A stretch of DNA of 64,000 nt from Myxococcales bacterium (GTDB lineage Bacteria; Myxococcota_A; UBA9042): positions 5,714 to 69,713 of the forward strand of contig SHZF01000017.1 in the NCBI GenBank assembly GCA_009692425.1, written 5' to 3'. Made by a program: the position numbers and the translations under genes. The notes under the pieces were generated by a model that searched no databases, was not told the origin of the DNA, and saw only the letters and a program-made list of their open reading frames with translations. Below, in pieces: positions 18,770-28,376 of this stretch (position 1 is the stretch's first letter; the number at the start of each line of letters is the position of its first letter).

Positions 18770-19236
18770 TGGCGTTGCCTGCTGTCCCCGACCCCAACGC
18801 GGCCTTGGCCGGCCGACCGGACCTCGCCGAGTTGGCGGCGGCGGCTTCCCACGCACGCAGCCGGGCCTATGCTCCGTATTCTGGCTTTCTCGTGGGCGCT
18901 GCGCTGCGCGGCAAGTCCGGGCGTGTCTATACCGGCGTCAACGTCGAGAACGCGTCGTTTCCCGTGAGCATTTGTGCGGAACGCGCGGCGCTCGTGCACG
19001 CGGTCAGCGAAGGGGAGCAGGCCTTCGACGAGATTGCGGTTGCGACCGATGCCCGCGAGCCGGCGGCACCATGTGGGCTGTGCCGGCAGATGCTGGCGGA
19101 GTTCGGGCTGGACCTCGAGGTCACGGTCGTCGGCGCCCAGGGTGTGGCGTGGCGCCGACCCCTGGGCGAGTTGCTGCCCCACGCGTTCACCCCAGGCTCG
19201 TTCGAGCCGCGGCCGGCGCGCCTCGCCGGGCACTGA
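18769..19236 (+). CDS. cdd: cytidine deaminase
   Basis: Zinc-binding CDA motifs CAERAA (H/C-A-E) and PCGLCRQ are present. 155 aa. Translationally coupled to the PNP gene. Confidence 0.85.
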   Translation: MALPAVPDPNAALAGRPDLAELAAAASHARSRAYAPYSGFLVGAALRGKSGRVYTGVNVENASFPVSICAERAALVHAVSEGEQAFDEIAVATDAREPAAPCGLCRQMLAEFGLDLEVTVVGAQGVAWRRPLGELLPHAFTPGSFEPRPARLAGH

Positions 19237-19241
19237 TCGGG

Positions 19242-20975
19242 TCAACTCCGCCGCGGCACGACACTCTGGCGCTGCCACCACCATGCGAGCAGGGTGGCGG
19301 CGGAGTCGCCCTGGATCCCGTAGCTGGCCGTCATCGCGCGGCCCATCTCCGTCAATGCGCGCAGCCGATCCGTGTCGTCTTCGGCTTGTTGCGCCGCCTG
19401 CAGCGCGGCCGTGCCGTCGTGCCACGCCGACCCGTCGCTCGGCGCCGGCAAGGCTTGAACGTGCGCCGCGGCCAGCTTGATGGCGCGGGACGACAGCGCA
19501 GTTCCGCCGAAATCGCGCACGGCGAGCGCCGTCAGCACCGGTGATGCCAGCGCGGCGGCCACTTGCCACAGCGCGGCGGGGTCGCGCGGCACGATCGTGA
19601 GGCACGGCACGGAAGGCACGGCGACACCCGCCGCATCGACCCAGGGCTCGAGCACGCGCGTCTGCGTCGCCAGCAGGATCTTGGGCACCAGGCGCTGCGC
19701 CAGCCACGGTCCCAGTTTCGTGTGGGCCTCCACGCGGTCGCGGTCCACGCGCGGGGCCTGCCAGACCTGGCCATGGACGCGCGTCGCTCGCTCGCCCCAG
19801 CGGCAGCGAGCGAGGTCGATGAGGCCGACGGTCACCAGCGGCGGAAACCGATCGCGGACGTTCGCGGGCACCGCCGCGTCTTCGACCAGGCAACCGCGCA
19901 GCCCGTAGTACTGGTCGCGAAAATCAGCAGTGGCGGTGCAGCACCACGCCAGCGGACGAGATCCCTGGCAGTGGATTGCAGGAAGATCTGACGGCTCTGC
20001 ACCAAGGCTCGCCCACGTCGGTCGCTGGGCGATGCCGCGGGCGTCGGCTGGTTCCATCCATTCCAGGCCGCGGCCACGCCAGCGCGGCACGTCGGCGGGA
20101 TGGTCGGGGTCGCCCGTGCCAAGCGCGGTGCGTGTCAGGACGGGTGCAATCACGTCGACCTGGGCGTCGAACACGTCGCGCCCGCCGAGCCACAGGCCTG
20201 TCAGCACGGCGCGGGCCAGCGTCGCCGCGCGCACTGGGGCCGCGTCGCGCGTGGCCAGCAGCGAACGCGGCTGGATCAGGCACACCACGCCGCCGTCCGG
20301 CACCGCGTCGAGGGCCGCCAGCAGGAAAAGCGCAGACGCGTCGGTGTAGGCGTTCACCGCGCTGCCGAAACGGGCGCGCAACCGGTCGCGCCGCGCGCGG
20401 TCGTGGGCCGTCGGGCCCTTCAGTTGGCCGAGGAAGGGCGGATTGCCGAGCACGCACGCGAATGTGGCCGGCGCGGGGTCGAGCAGTCCGTCGCCGCACA
20501 CGATGTGGTCCGCGAGTTCGGCCAGCGGTGGCGCCGCCGGGTCGGCGTGGCGGGCGAGTGCGAGGCGAGCCAGGTCCACTGCACCGGGGTCGATGTCGGT
20601 CCCCCACAACGAATGCTGGGCAACGGTGCTGCGGGCGAGCGCCAGGGGGCATTGGTGCACATGCGCCCACGCCGACGCCAGAATCTCGAGTGCGGCGCAC
20701 AGCCACACCCCGTCGCCACAGGCCGGATCCCAGACGGTCAGGTGCGCCAGCGCAAGGGCCGGTTCGGTTGCTGCCAGGGCGCGTGTCACGAGCGGCGCCA
20801 GCACCAGTTCAGTCAGGCGGCGCGCGACATCGGGCGGTGTGTAGAAGGCGCCGAGTCGCCGCCGTTCGGTGCCGAGTCCGGCGTCGTACGATGAGCGCGC
20901 GGTGGGGTCGGCCGGGCGAGCGAGCGCTTCGAATGGCACAGGCAGCCCCTGTGCGCGTGTGCGTGCCGGGCCCAT
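19242..20975 (-). CDS. N6-adenine DNA methyltransferase, gamma class (Eco57I/TaqI-like)
   Basis: Motif X GAFYTPPDVARRL, motif I DPACGDGVWL and motif IV VLGNPPFLG appear in gamma-class order. A C-terminal region of about 280 aa is a presumptive target-recognition domain. Start CAT at 20973-20975. Confidence 0.75.
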   Translation of the reverse strand: MGPARTRAQGLPVPFEALARPADPTARSSYDAGLGTERRRLGAFYTPPDVARRLTELVLAPLVTRALAATEPALALAHLTVWDPACGDGVWLCAALEILASAWAHVHQCPLALARSTVAQHSLWGTDIDPGAVDLARLALARHADPAAPPLAELADHIVCGDGLLDPAPATFACVLGNPPFLGQLKGPTAHDRARRDRLRARFGSAVNAYTDASALFLLAALDAVPDGGVVCLIQPRSLLATRDAAPVRAATLARAVLTGLWLGGRDVFDAQVDVIAPVLTRTALGTGDPDHPADVPRWRGRGLEWMEPADARGIAQRPTWASLGAEPSDLPAIHCQGSRPLAWCCTATADFRDQYYGLRGCLVEDAAVPANVRDRFPPLVTVGLIDLARCRWGERATRVHGQVWQAPRVDRDRVEAHTKLGPWLAQRLVPKILLATQTRVLEPWVDAAGVAVPSVPCLTIVPRDPAALWQVAAALASPVLTALAVRDFGGTALSSRAIKLAAAHVQALPAPSDGSAWHDGTAALQAAQQAEDDTDRLRALTEMGRAMTASYGIQGDSAATLLAWWWQRQSVVPRRS

Positions 20976-20978
20976 CGC

Positions 20979-22133
20979 CTACGCCAACGCCCGCCCGACC
21001 GCCGCCCCCACCGCCCGCTGCAAGCCCGCCAGTTCCCCGTCCACGGTCGCCGCCGGCGTGCGCCACACCGAATGCGGTCGCTCGATGCCGGCCGGCGCCA
21101 GCCCGAGCACCTCGTCGCCCGCCACCGCCACGCGCACGGCGTCGGCGCGCGCCGCCCTTCCCAACGGACCCGCGCTCCAACTCAGCGCAAGCGTGCCGAT
21201 CCGATCCGGCAGGTCGGAGTCATCGGCGCCGCCGGCCACGAGCATGTGGGTGCGCAGGCCGTCGGGCAGGCTCTCCAAGGCCAGGGGCGTCGCGAGCGCG
21301 TCGCCCCACGGCGCCGGCAGCAGGTGCGCGAGCTGTTGGTGTGCCGAGAGCGCATCGTTGACGGGGAAAAGCAGGCGCTCGGCCGACTCCAGCGCGCGCG
21401 CCGTGCAGCCGGCCTCGTCGGGTTGCAGGGCGAGCGACGAGCGCAGCACGCCCGTCAGGTGGTCGCGCGGGCCCGGGCTGACGCGCAGATCGTGCAGGGT
21501 CCACGCCGCGCCGGGACTGCGCGCGATCCAACCGCGCAAGCGTGCCAGCCCGGTACCTGGGGCGCAGTCGATGGCGACGGCGTTCGTGTGGTCGCACGCG
21601 GGGAAGCGCCAGATGTTGCGCGGCCGCCGCAGGTCCATGCGCGCCAGATCGACATCGCGGTCCGCGCCGCCCGCCCTGGCACACGGAGCGAGCAGGACGA
21701 CGTCGGCCCGCGCCGGTGCCGCGTCGGTGAGCGCCTGGACCCAGCCTGCGGTGCCGAGCGCCGGGCCGCGCACGAACACGAGTTCCCAAGGGCGCTGGCT
21801 GTGCCCCTGCAGGACGGCGTGCAGCGCGGCGAGCCAGCCGACTGCGACGTCGGGTCCACCCAGGCCCGCGAGGTCATCGCGCCAGGTGCCGCGCCCGCCA
21901 GGCCCGGGTGGGTCGACGTCGACAGCGACCAACCACAGCGGCGCGTCGCCGACCGGGGCCGCCGGTCCGGCCGTGCGCACACATACGGCGTCGCCATGCT
22001 CCAACGCAACAGCCTGCTCGCGCACGCTGCAGCCCGCCGCAAAAAGCAGGTCGAGCAGCGCGAAGCGAAAGCCGAGCGCGTCGTCGTGGCGGGCGTGCAA
22101 CAGGCGCGCCGCGCGGGCGAGGTCGAATGGCAT
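20979..22133 (-). CDS. hypothetical protein co-transcribed with the methyltransferase
   Basis: 384-aa coherent ORF from MPFDLARAARLLHARHDD. AGGAGG RBS (reverse complement of 22136-22141) 5 nt upstream of the start at 22133. Its stop lies 4 nt before the methyltransferase start. No motif recognised. Confidence 0.5.
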   Translation of the reverse strand: MPFDLARAARLLHARHDDALGFRFALLDLLFAAGCSVREQAVALEHGDAVCVRTAGPAAPVGDAPLWLVAVDVDPPGPGGRGTWRDDLAGLGGPDVAVGWLAALHAVLQGHSQRPWELVFVRGPALGTAGWVQALTDAAPARADVVLLAPCARAGGADRDVDLARMDLRRPRNIWRFPACDHTNAVAIDCAPGTGLARLRGWIARSPGAAWTLHDLRVSPGPRDHLTGVLRSSLALQPDEAGCTARALESAERLLFPVNDALSAHQQLAHLLPAPWGDALATPLALESLPDGLRTHMLVAGGADDSDLPDRIGTLALSWSAGPLGRAARADAVRVAVAGDEVLGLAPAGIERPHSVWRTPAATVDGELAGLQRAVGAAVGRALA

Positions 22134-22135
22134 GG

Positions 22136-22141
22136 GGCCTC
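22136..22141 (-). promoter_or_regulatory. Shine-Dalgarno AGGAGG for the 20979-22133 gene
   Basis: Sequence cctcct at 22136-22141 on the plus strand is AGGAGG on the minus strand, 5 nt upstream of the ATG. Confidence 0.6.
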
Positions 22142-22306
22142 CTGCGCTGGATTCCGGGACAGGCGCCGGATTATGAGTGCGCCGTGGGCCCCGAAGCAAC
22201 GTCCGCGGCACCAGCGCGAGGTTGCCGTGGAGGTGGCCGCGCGCATTCTTCAGGTTCCTCTGGCACACTGCCGCCCGCCGCCCGCACGGCCCGGGCCTGA
22301 GGTTGC

Positions 22307-23203
22307 ATGCGTCCCGTCCGCGAACTCCGCGTCGCCGCCCAAGACGGCACCGACCTGTGCGCCTACGACACCGGCGGCGGCGACGGCCCCACGCTGCTGC
22401 TCTGCAACGGGCTCGGCGGCAACCTCGACGCCTGGCAATACTTTGTCGACGAGTTCGGCGGGCGGCACCGCATCGTGTCGTGGGACTACCGCGGCCTGTA
22501 CAAGTCGGGCGCGCCGCAGGGCAACGACTACACGGTGTCGACCCAGTGTGAAGACGGCCGCGCGGTGCTCGATGCCCTCGGGGTCAAGCAGGCGATCTTC
22601 GTCGGCTGGTCGATGGGGGTCCAGGTCAGCTTCGAACTGTACCGCCACCACCGCGAACGCGCGCTCGGCTTGATCCTGATCAACGGCACCTACGGCCGAC
22701 CGCTGGCGACGGCGTTTGCGCCGGTCCTGCGTGGCAGTCCGATCGTGCCGCTGCTGCCCGCCGTCACCCGGGCGCTCGAAGCGGTCGCCCACCTGTCGGC
22801 GCCGGTGCAACCGCTCGCCCAGAAGATCGCGCAGACGAGGATCTCCCTGAAGGTTCTCAAGTTGCTCGGCCTCGTCAGCGCCAGCCTCGATGAGCGCGTG
22901 TTTCTCGAACTGGCCGGCAACGTCGCCGCACTCGACATGCCGCGCTACATGGCGACGCTGAACAGCCTGGCCGACCACTGCGCCGAGGCGATGCTGCCGC
23001 GCATCGACGTGCCGGTGCTGATCGTGACCGGCGACCGCGATCTGTTCACGCCGGTCGAGCAGAGCCGCAACATGGCGATGCGGATTCCGGGCGCCGAACT
23101 GCTGGTGATTCCGTCGGGCACGCACTACACGCCGCTCGAGTTTCCCGAGTTGATCCACCTGCGTGTGCGCAAGTTCGTCAAGGAGCGGCTCGGCCATGGC
23201 TAG
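22307..23203 (+). CDS. alpha/beta-fold hydrolase
   Basis: Nucleophile elbow GWSMG, HGxxG-like LLLCNGLGGN, and acid/His region (TGDRDLFTP ... GTHYTPLEFPE). Confidence 0.75.
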   Translation: MRPVRELRVAAQDGTDLCAYDTGGGDGPTLLLCNGLGGNLDAWQYFVDEFGGRHRIVSWDYRGLYKSGAPQGNDYTVSTQCEDGRAVLDALGVKQAIFVGWSMGVQVSFELYRHHRERALGLILINGTYGRPLATAFAPVLRGSPIVPLLPAVTRALEAVAHLSAPVQPLAQKIAQTRISLKVLKLLGLVSASLDERVFLELAGNVAALDMPRYMATLNSLADHCAEAMLPRIDVPVLIVTGDRDLFTPVEQSRNMAMRIPGAELLVIPSGTHYTPLEFPELIHLRVRKFVKERLGHG

Positions 23204-23233
23204 GCCGCGGCGCCTTGCTCGGACCCTACGCGC

Positions 23234-24043
23234 CTACATCCCCTTGCGCGCCGACTCCTCCACCATCCGCCGCGCATCCTGCACCGTGAACGGCAACTCC
23301 ATCTTGGGCGCTCCCAACGGCGCCGGCACCCACTCTTCGGGCACGGGGGTCAAGGTCGGCCCCCACTGCGACCCCGGCGCGTCGTCGGGATGCACGCCTT
23401 CGACCACGTAGTCGTGCTTGGGCCCAGCGTGCGTCGACCACGCCTCGACGCCAAAACGCACCTCCCACGGGTCTTCGATGAGGATGCGCCGGAAGCTCGC
23501 CCGCATCCGCCGCACGAAATCCACCGTCCACACCTGCGCCAGTTCCGGCTTGGGGATGCGCGCCGTCCTCACCTCGCGCAGTTCCTGCCCGGGCTCGCCA
23601 CCCAGCCCGCGCACGCGCTGCAGCGGCAACGGCTCGGTCAAATCGACGTCCATCTCCATGCGCCCGATGTTGCGCAGCGTGAACTGCGGCATCTGGTTGT
23701 CGTGGATGGCGTCCATGACGGAGGCCGGCACCATCGAATCGGTGCCCTCCTTGAAGCCGCGCGCGTATGTCTCCTGGAACTGCGAGCGCTTGACGACCGA
23801 TTCGCTCAGCCGATCGGGCTTGAACTCGTGGGGGCGAAAAACGAAAATCCCCGTCGCCAGCTTGATGTTGCGGTCCAGGACACAGTGGCGCGCCGTCGAA
23901 AACCGCTGGCGTCGCGTCACCCGCCCGGCCAGCGGCCACGCGAACATGATCGGCACGTGCAGCAAGTCCCTGGCCCGCGCTTCTAGGTGCCCGCCGTCCG
24001 GCTCGGCACGGGGGCGCCGGATGGTTGCAGGGTCAAGGTCCAT
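23234..24043 (-). CDS. hypothetical protein (last gene of the AAA/DUF1257/DUF2997 operon)
   Basis: 269-aa coherent ORF. It starts 8 nt after the stop of the DUF2997-like gene. No known motif. Confidence 0.5.
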   Translation of the reverse strand: MDLDPATIRRPRAEPDGGHLEARARDLLHVPIMFAWPLAGRVTRRQRFSTARHCVLDRNIKLATGIFVFRPHEFKPDRLSESVVKRSQFQETYARGFKEGTDSMVPASVMDAIHDNQMPQFTLRNIGRMEMDVDLTEPLPLQRVRGLGGEPGQELREVRTARIPKPELAQVWTVDFVRRMRASFRRILIEDPWEVRFGVEAWSTHAGPKHDYVVEGVHPDDAPGSQWGPTLTPVPEEWVPAPLGAPKMELPFTVQDARRMVEESARKGM

Positions 24044-24050
24044 GGGGAGC

Positions 24051-24263
24051 CTACGCGTCGCCGCCCTGATCGACCTTTTCGGTCTGATCCTGCTGTTGGT
24101 AGAACTCCGAAGTGTGCTGGCGCTCCTTGACGATGCCGAGCGCCAGTTCGATCTCGCGCGTCAGCCGCTCGCAATCGGGGCCCTTGAGGCCGACGACCTT
24201 GATCGACACCTCGCCGTGGTCGTCGATGGTGAACTCGATCTCGCGGCGGGTGGCCATCTTCAA
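24051..24263 (-). CDS. small DUF2997-like protein
   Basis: 70-aa ORF MKMATRREIEFTIDDHGEVSIKVVGLKGPDCERLTREIE... Its size and pattern resemble the small proteins that travel with DUF1257 and AAA ATPase genes. The family name is from memory and not verified. Confidence 0.55.
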   Translation of the reverse strand: MKMATRREIEFTIDDHGEVSIKVVGLKGPDCERLTREIELALGIVKERQHTSEFYQQQDQTEKVDQGGDA

Positions 24264-24300
24264 CTCCTGGCGTTGGCTCGGCGCGCTCCAACCTGACGCG

Positions 24301-24711
24301 CTACTCGCTCCAGCTGGAAACCTTGATGTGAATCTGCTGGTTCTCGTCGATCTTCTCTTCTTCGAGGGTGTAGCCGCGCTTCGTCACCTCTTCCTTCACG
24401 GTGTGGTAAGCATAGCGCTGCACGACCTTGCGCGTGAACTGGTCCTGATTGTAGCCCGCCGTCATCTCGACGAATTCCCAGTCGGCCACGAACGCCACGT
24501 TGCCGGTTTCCGCATCCACTGTGACACCGATGTCGTACGTTTTTGAGGCGTGGATCGCGATCTTCGCGCCGGTGGTCTGGCCGAGGTAGCCCTTGACCTT
24601 GACCGTCTCGTTCTCGTGGGCCTGGGTGAACGCGAAGCCGAGTTCCTTGAGCACGAGCACCAGGCGCGCGACATTGTTGATTTTCGTCTGGACGGTCGTG
24701 AAGTGGGACAT
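24301..24711 (-). CDS. DUF1257-like protein
   Basis: From internal Met MSHFTTVQTKINNVARLVLVLKELGFAF... (CAT at 24709-24711). The 30 codons upstream in the ORF are low-complexity. The stop sits 6 nt after the AAA ATPase gene stop. Confidence 0.6.
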   Translation of the reverse strand: MSHFTTVQTKINNVARLVLVLKELGFAFTQAHENETVKVKGYLGQTTGAKIAIHASKTYDIGVTVDAETGNVAFVADWEFVEMTAGYNQDQFTRKVVQRYAYHTVKEEVTKRGYTLEEEKIDENQQIHIKVSSWSE

Positions 24712-24716
24712 GGGGT

Positions 24717-26378
24717 CTACATCTCCAACCGCGCCTGTTTCTCGTCCGTTGGCGCCGCCTCGTCGGGCGGACTGGCCCGGCGCGCGCGCGACTTTGACCA
24801 CTCTCGCATTTCTGCGAGCCGCTCGCGCATGGTCATGCTCAACGGAATGATTTCCTTGATGTTCTGGATCAGCCTATCCGTCGTGATGTCCGTCTTGCCG
24901 AAGCCCTCGTCGTACGCGTCGTAGAGCGCGGCCACGATCACCTCTTCGAGTTCCGAGCCGGAATAGCCGCCCGAGGCTGCCACGAGCCGGTCCAGGTCGT
25001 AGCCGCCCGGATCGCGGTGGCGCTTCTTCAGGTGGATATCGAAAATAGCCTTGCGTTCCTCGCGGTTGGGCAGATCCACGAAGAAGATTTCATCGAAACG
25101 GCCCTTGCGCAGCAACTCGGGCGGCAGCATCGAGACGTCGTTGGCGGTCGCGATCACGAACACCGGGCTCGTCTTCTCCTGCAGCCACGTCAAGAACGTC
25201 GCGAACACACGCGCCGTCGTGCCGCCGTCCGACGAACCCGACGACTTCGTGCCCGAAAACCCCTTCTCCAGTTCGTCGAGCCACAGGATCGCGGGCGCCA
25301 CGGCTTCAGCCGTCTTGATGGCGCGGCGCATGTTCTCTTCGGACGAACCGACGAGGCTGCCGAACACCTTGCCGACGTCCAGGCGCAAGAGCGGCATCTG
25401 CCACCCCTGAGAAATCGCCTTTGCCGCCAGCGACTTGCCGCAACCAGGCACTCCCAGCAGCAGGATGCCCTTGGGCGGCGGCAGGCCGAACTCCTGGGCC
25501 GCGGGCGTAAACGCGTGGCGGCGCTTGTTGAGCCACTCCTTCAGGTAGAAAAGCCCACCGACCGACTCCATGCCGAGCGTCGTCTCGTAGAATTCGAGGA
25601 TGCCGGACTTGCGGATGATGTGCTTCTTCTCCGCCAGGATCGTCTTGAGACTGAAGCCCTTGTCGCGCACGGAAGTCTTTTGGAAGACTTGCGTCGCCTC
25701 CGACTCGGTCAGCCCGAGCGCGGCCTCGGCGATCTCGCGCTGCATTTCTGGATTCTCAAGCACCTTCGCGAAGTTCTTGCCATAGCGCTGCGACTTGGCG
25801 CCCGCGAACGCCTGCTCGCGCACGATGTCTTCGAGGGTCTGGCGGTCGGGCAGATCGAAATCGACGACGACGAGGTCCTTCTCCAGTTCCATCGGAATTT
25901 TGACGGTCGGGCTCAGGAACACGATCGACCGCTTCGCCTGGGTCGGGTCCTTGAACTGGCCAGGGATGTCGCGCACGCGGCGCGCCACCATGGGGTCGTT
26001 GAAAAACGGATGAAAATCGCGGAGCACCACGATCGCGTCGCGCGTCAGGTTGTTCGCGATCCAGTCGAGCGCGCGGATCGGGTCGCGGATGTCGCCCGGC
26101 ACGTCGGCCTGGTCGCAGCGAAATCCCTGGCTGCAGCTCCACTTGATCAGCTGACGCGGCTTCCACGTCGTTACATCCCAACGCTCGCGCAAGTGGGGAC
26201 TGTCGAGCACGGCGACATCGCGCAGCCAGCTCTCGACGCGGTCCTCCTCGGCCGACACGATGTAGATCAGCTTGTACTGGGCGCGGACGAGGTAGTGCAG
26301 TTCATCGACGGCGGCGGGCACGGTGCGCCCGGGCGACGCGGCGACGGCCTCAGCTATGGGAGAAGCGCTTGTAGTCAT
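24717..26378 (-). CDS. AAA+ ATPase (classic AAA/FtsH-Cdc48 clade) with about 300-aa N-terminal domain of unknown function
   Basis: Walker [19 protein letters not shown], Walker [12 protein letters not shown], sensor-1 [23 protein letters not shown] and Arg-finger region are present. The N-terminal 300 aa are uncharacterised. Confidence 0.8.
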   Translation of the reverse strand: MTTSASPIAEAVAASPGRTVPAAVDELHYLVRAQYKLIYIVSAEEDRVESWLRDVAVLDSPHLRERWDVTTWKPRQLIKWSCSQGFRCDQADVPGDIRDPIRALDWIANNLTRDAIVVLRDFHPFFNDPMVARRVRDIPGQFKDPTQAKRSIVFLSPTVKIPMELEKDLVVVDFDLPDRQTLEDIVREQAFAGAKSQRYGKNFAKVLENPEMQREIAEAALGLTESEATQVFQKTSVRDKGFSLKTILAEKKHIIRKSGILEFYETTLGMESVGGLFYLKEWLNKRRHAFTPAAQEFGLPPPKGILLLGVPGCGKSLAAKAISQGWQMPLLRLDVGKVFGSLVGSSEENMRRAIKTAEAVAPAILWLDELEKGFSGTKSSGSSDGGTTARVFATFLTWLQEKTSPVFVIATANDVSMLPPELLRKGRFDEIFFVDLPNREERKAIFDIHLKKRHRDPGGYDLDRLVAASGGYSGSELEEVIVAALYDAYDEGFGKTDITTDRLIQNIKEIIPLSMTMRERLAEMREWSKSRARRASPPDEAAPTDEKQARLEM

Positions 26379-26386
26379 TCAATTTC

Positions 26387-28273
26387 CTACGATCCAAGAG
26401 ACTTCCGCACCGACGCCACCATGCGCTCCTGCTCCTTGAGATCCTGAGCGAGCACGATCGCGATGTCGTTCATCAGTTCGATGGAGTCGCCCAGATCGCC
26501 GGCCGCCGCCTTGTGCTTCTCCATCTGTTGCGCGTAGCGCTTGATCAGGTTGGCATTCGACGCCGACGCCGACACCGTATCGGCCAGCGCTTCGAGGGTC
26601 TCGGGCACATCGGCCGGCACGGTCGGCCCCTTGGGCGCTTGGTTCTCGGCGAGTGCTTCGTTCAGCCGCACTTCGGTGTCGCGCAGCTTGGCTTCGAGGG
26701 TCTCGACCCGCTTCTGGCCCTGGGCGAGTTCGGCTTCGAGCGCTTTCGTCGCCGCGCCCGTCGCCTCGACGGCTTCGAACTTGACCTGGGCGCGCGCGAG
26801 TTCCTTCTGCACGCTCGACAGTTCCTCGCGCAGTCGCTCGATTTCGCGCGCCTTCGCCTTGAAGTCGGGGTGCTCGCTCACATCGACCAACGCGGCCGGC
26901 TTGCGTTCGGCGGCTGTCTTGGCGGCCTCCAGTTCGGCCTTCATCGCCTCGGCACTGCGCTGGGCTTGCATGGCGCGCTCCTGCAGTTCGTCCACGCGGC
27001 GGGTCGCGTTGTGGTAGTCCTGCAACAACTGGCGCTTTTCGTGTTCCAAGTCGCTGATGCCGACGCCCATGCGGACCTGCCTGATTTCCATGTCCTTTTC
27101 GCGCAGGTCGATCTGCAATTGCTGGATCTTGTCTTCCTTCTCCTGAATGACTTCCTGTAGCAGGTTGATCTTGCGCTCCAGACGCCCTTGGTCGTTGGAC
27201 TCGCGGTTGAAGCTCGACTGCAGCGACTCATTCTCGTCGCGGGCGGCGCGCAGTTCGTACTCCAACAGGTCGAGCTGCCGCTGCAACTCCTCGATCTGTC
27301 GGTCTTTCTGCGTGATGCGGACCTTCAGCCCAGACAACTGCTCCGTGGCGTCGGTCGCCTTCTCGCGTGCGGCCTGGATTTGCTGCTCGAACTCGGTGGC
27401 GCGCCGCTCTGCCTCGAACAGCCGGTCTTCCTGCTCGCGCAATTCCGCCCGCGTCTTTTCGAGCTCCTTCTGGATGACCTGGTTGTGCTCCTTGAGCTTG
27501 ACGTACTTCTCGCTCAGGCCCTCCAACTCGACTGAATAGCGCATCGCGCGCGGCTCGATCGCCTTGACGTCGGCCTCCGCTCGCGTCGCCCGCGCCTCGG
27601 CCTCGGCGAGCGACTGTTCGAGCGCGCGCACCCGGCGGCCCAGTTCACCCGCGTCGCCACCGCCAGCGGACGTCGGCGCCGGTCGAGCGGTCGGCTGCGA
27701 TACCACGGGGGCCTGACCCGTCGGCACGGCAGTCCGCGCCGCGGCGGGCCGGTCCGCGGACTGCGGTTCGGGGCGGGCACTCGGACCGGCCGCCGGGCTC
27801 GGTTCGCGCCGGGTGGTCGCCGCGCCGATGGCGCCTGCGCGGGCCGCGTGCTGCTGCGTCTGCTTGTCGGCCACCAATGCGACGAGCTTGGCCTGATCTT
27901 CGGCCTTGAAGCCTGTGGTCGGCATTGCCTTGGCGACGGGTCGTTCGGCTTGCGGCGCACCGCCGCCATCCTTTTTCGATGAACCTGGGCGCAGGAAGAT
28001 TTCGAGCACTTCGCCGCAACGGACCGTGTCGCCCTCGCGGATGACTGCGCGCTGGGTGCGCTCGTTGTTGACGAAGCTGCCGTTCGACGAGCCGAGGTCC
28101 TTGATGTAGTAGCCGTCCTCGTCCCAACCGATGCGGCCGTGGTTGCGCGAAACGGTTGTCTCTTTCGAGTAGACGGTCGACCCCGGGTTGCGCCCGATGG
28201 TCACCGGTTCCATGTCCGGCCCCGCCGGGTGCTGGACCCAGTTGCCCGACACGTCGCGCCACTCAAGGTACAT
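26387..28273 (-). CDS. FHA-domain protein with about 400-aa coiled-coil
   Basis: N-terminal FHA motifs VTIGRNPGSTVYSKETTVSRNHGRIGWDEDGYYIKDLGSSNGSFVNNERT. The rest is a heptad-rich E/R/K/Q segment. Its stop lies 9 nt before the AAA gene start. Confidence 0.75.
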   Translation of the reverse strand: MYLEWRDVSGNWVQHPAGPDMEPVTIGRNPGSTVYSKETTVSRNHGRIGWDEDGYYIKDLGSSNGSFVNNERTQRAVIREGDTVRCGEVLEIFLRPGSSKKDGGGAPQAERPVAKAMPTTGFKAEDQAKLVALVADKQTQQHAARAGAIGAATTRREPSPAAGPSARPEPQSADRPAAARTAVPTGQAPVVSQPTARPAPTSAGGGDAGELGRRVRALEQSLAEAEARATRAEADVKAIEPRAMRYSVELEGLSEKYVKLKEHNQVIQKELEKTRAELREQEDRLFEAERRATEFEQQIQAAREKATDATEQLSGLKVRITQKDRQIEELQRQLDLLEYELRAARDENESLQSSFNRESNDQGRLERKINLLQEVIQEKEDKIQQLQIDLREKDMEIRQVRMGVGISDLEHEKRQLLQDYHNATRRVDELQERAMQAQRSAEAMKAELEAAKTAAERKPAALVDVSEHPDFKAKAREIERLREELSSVQKELARAQVKFEAVEATGAATKALEAELAQGQKRVETLEAKLRDTEVRLNEALAENQAPKGPTVPADVPETLEALADTVSASASNANLIKRYAQQMEKHKAAAGDLGDSIELMNDIAIVLAQDLKEQERMVASVRKSLGS

Positions 28274-28376
28274 GCGGCCAAGCCTCCGGGAGCGCGTACC
28301 CTGTACAGCCGAATTCGCGCGCCCCGAGTCTAGTGCAGCGTCAACCGCCCGTGCAAGGTACGGCGGGAACCGGTGT

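Noticed and set aside
19242-20975. Possibility that the methyltransferase is a HemK/PrmC-type protein methyltransferase (also NPPY/F)
   Set aside because: The motif order with an N-terminal FYTP block and DPACGDG, and the about 280-aa C-terminal extension, fit gamma-class DNA MTases better than the about 280-aa PrmC. It remains unproven without a profile search.
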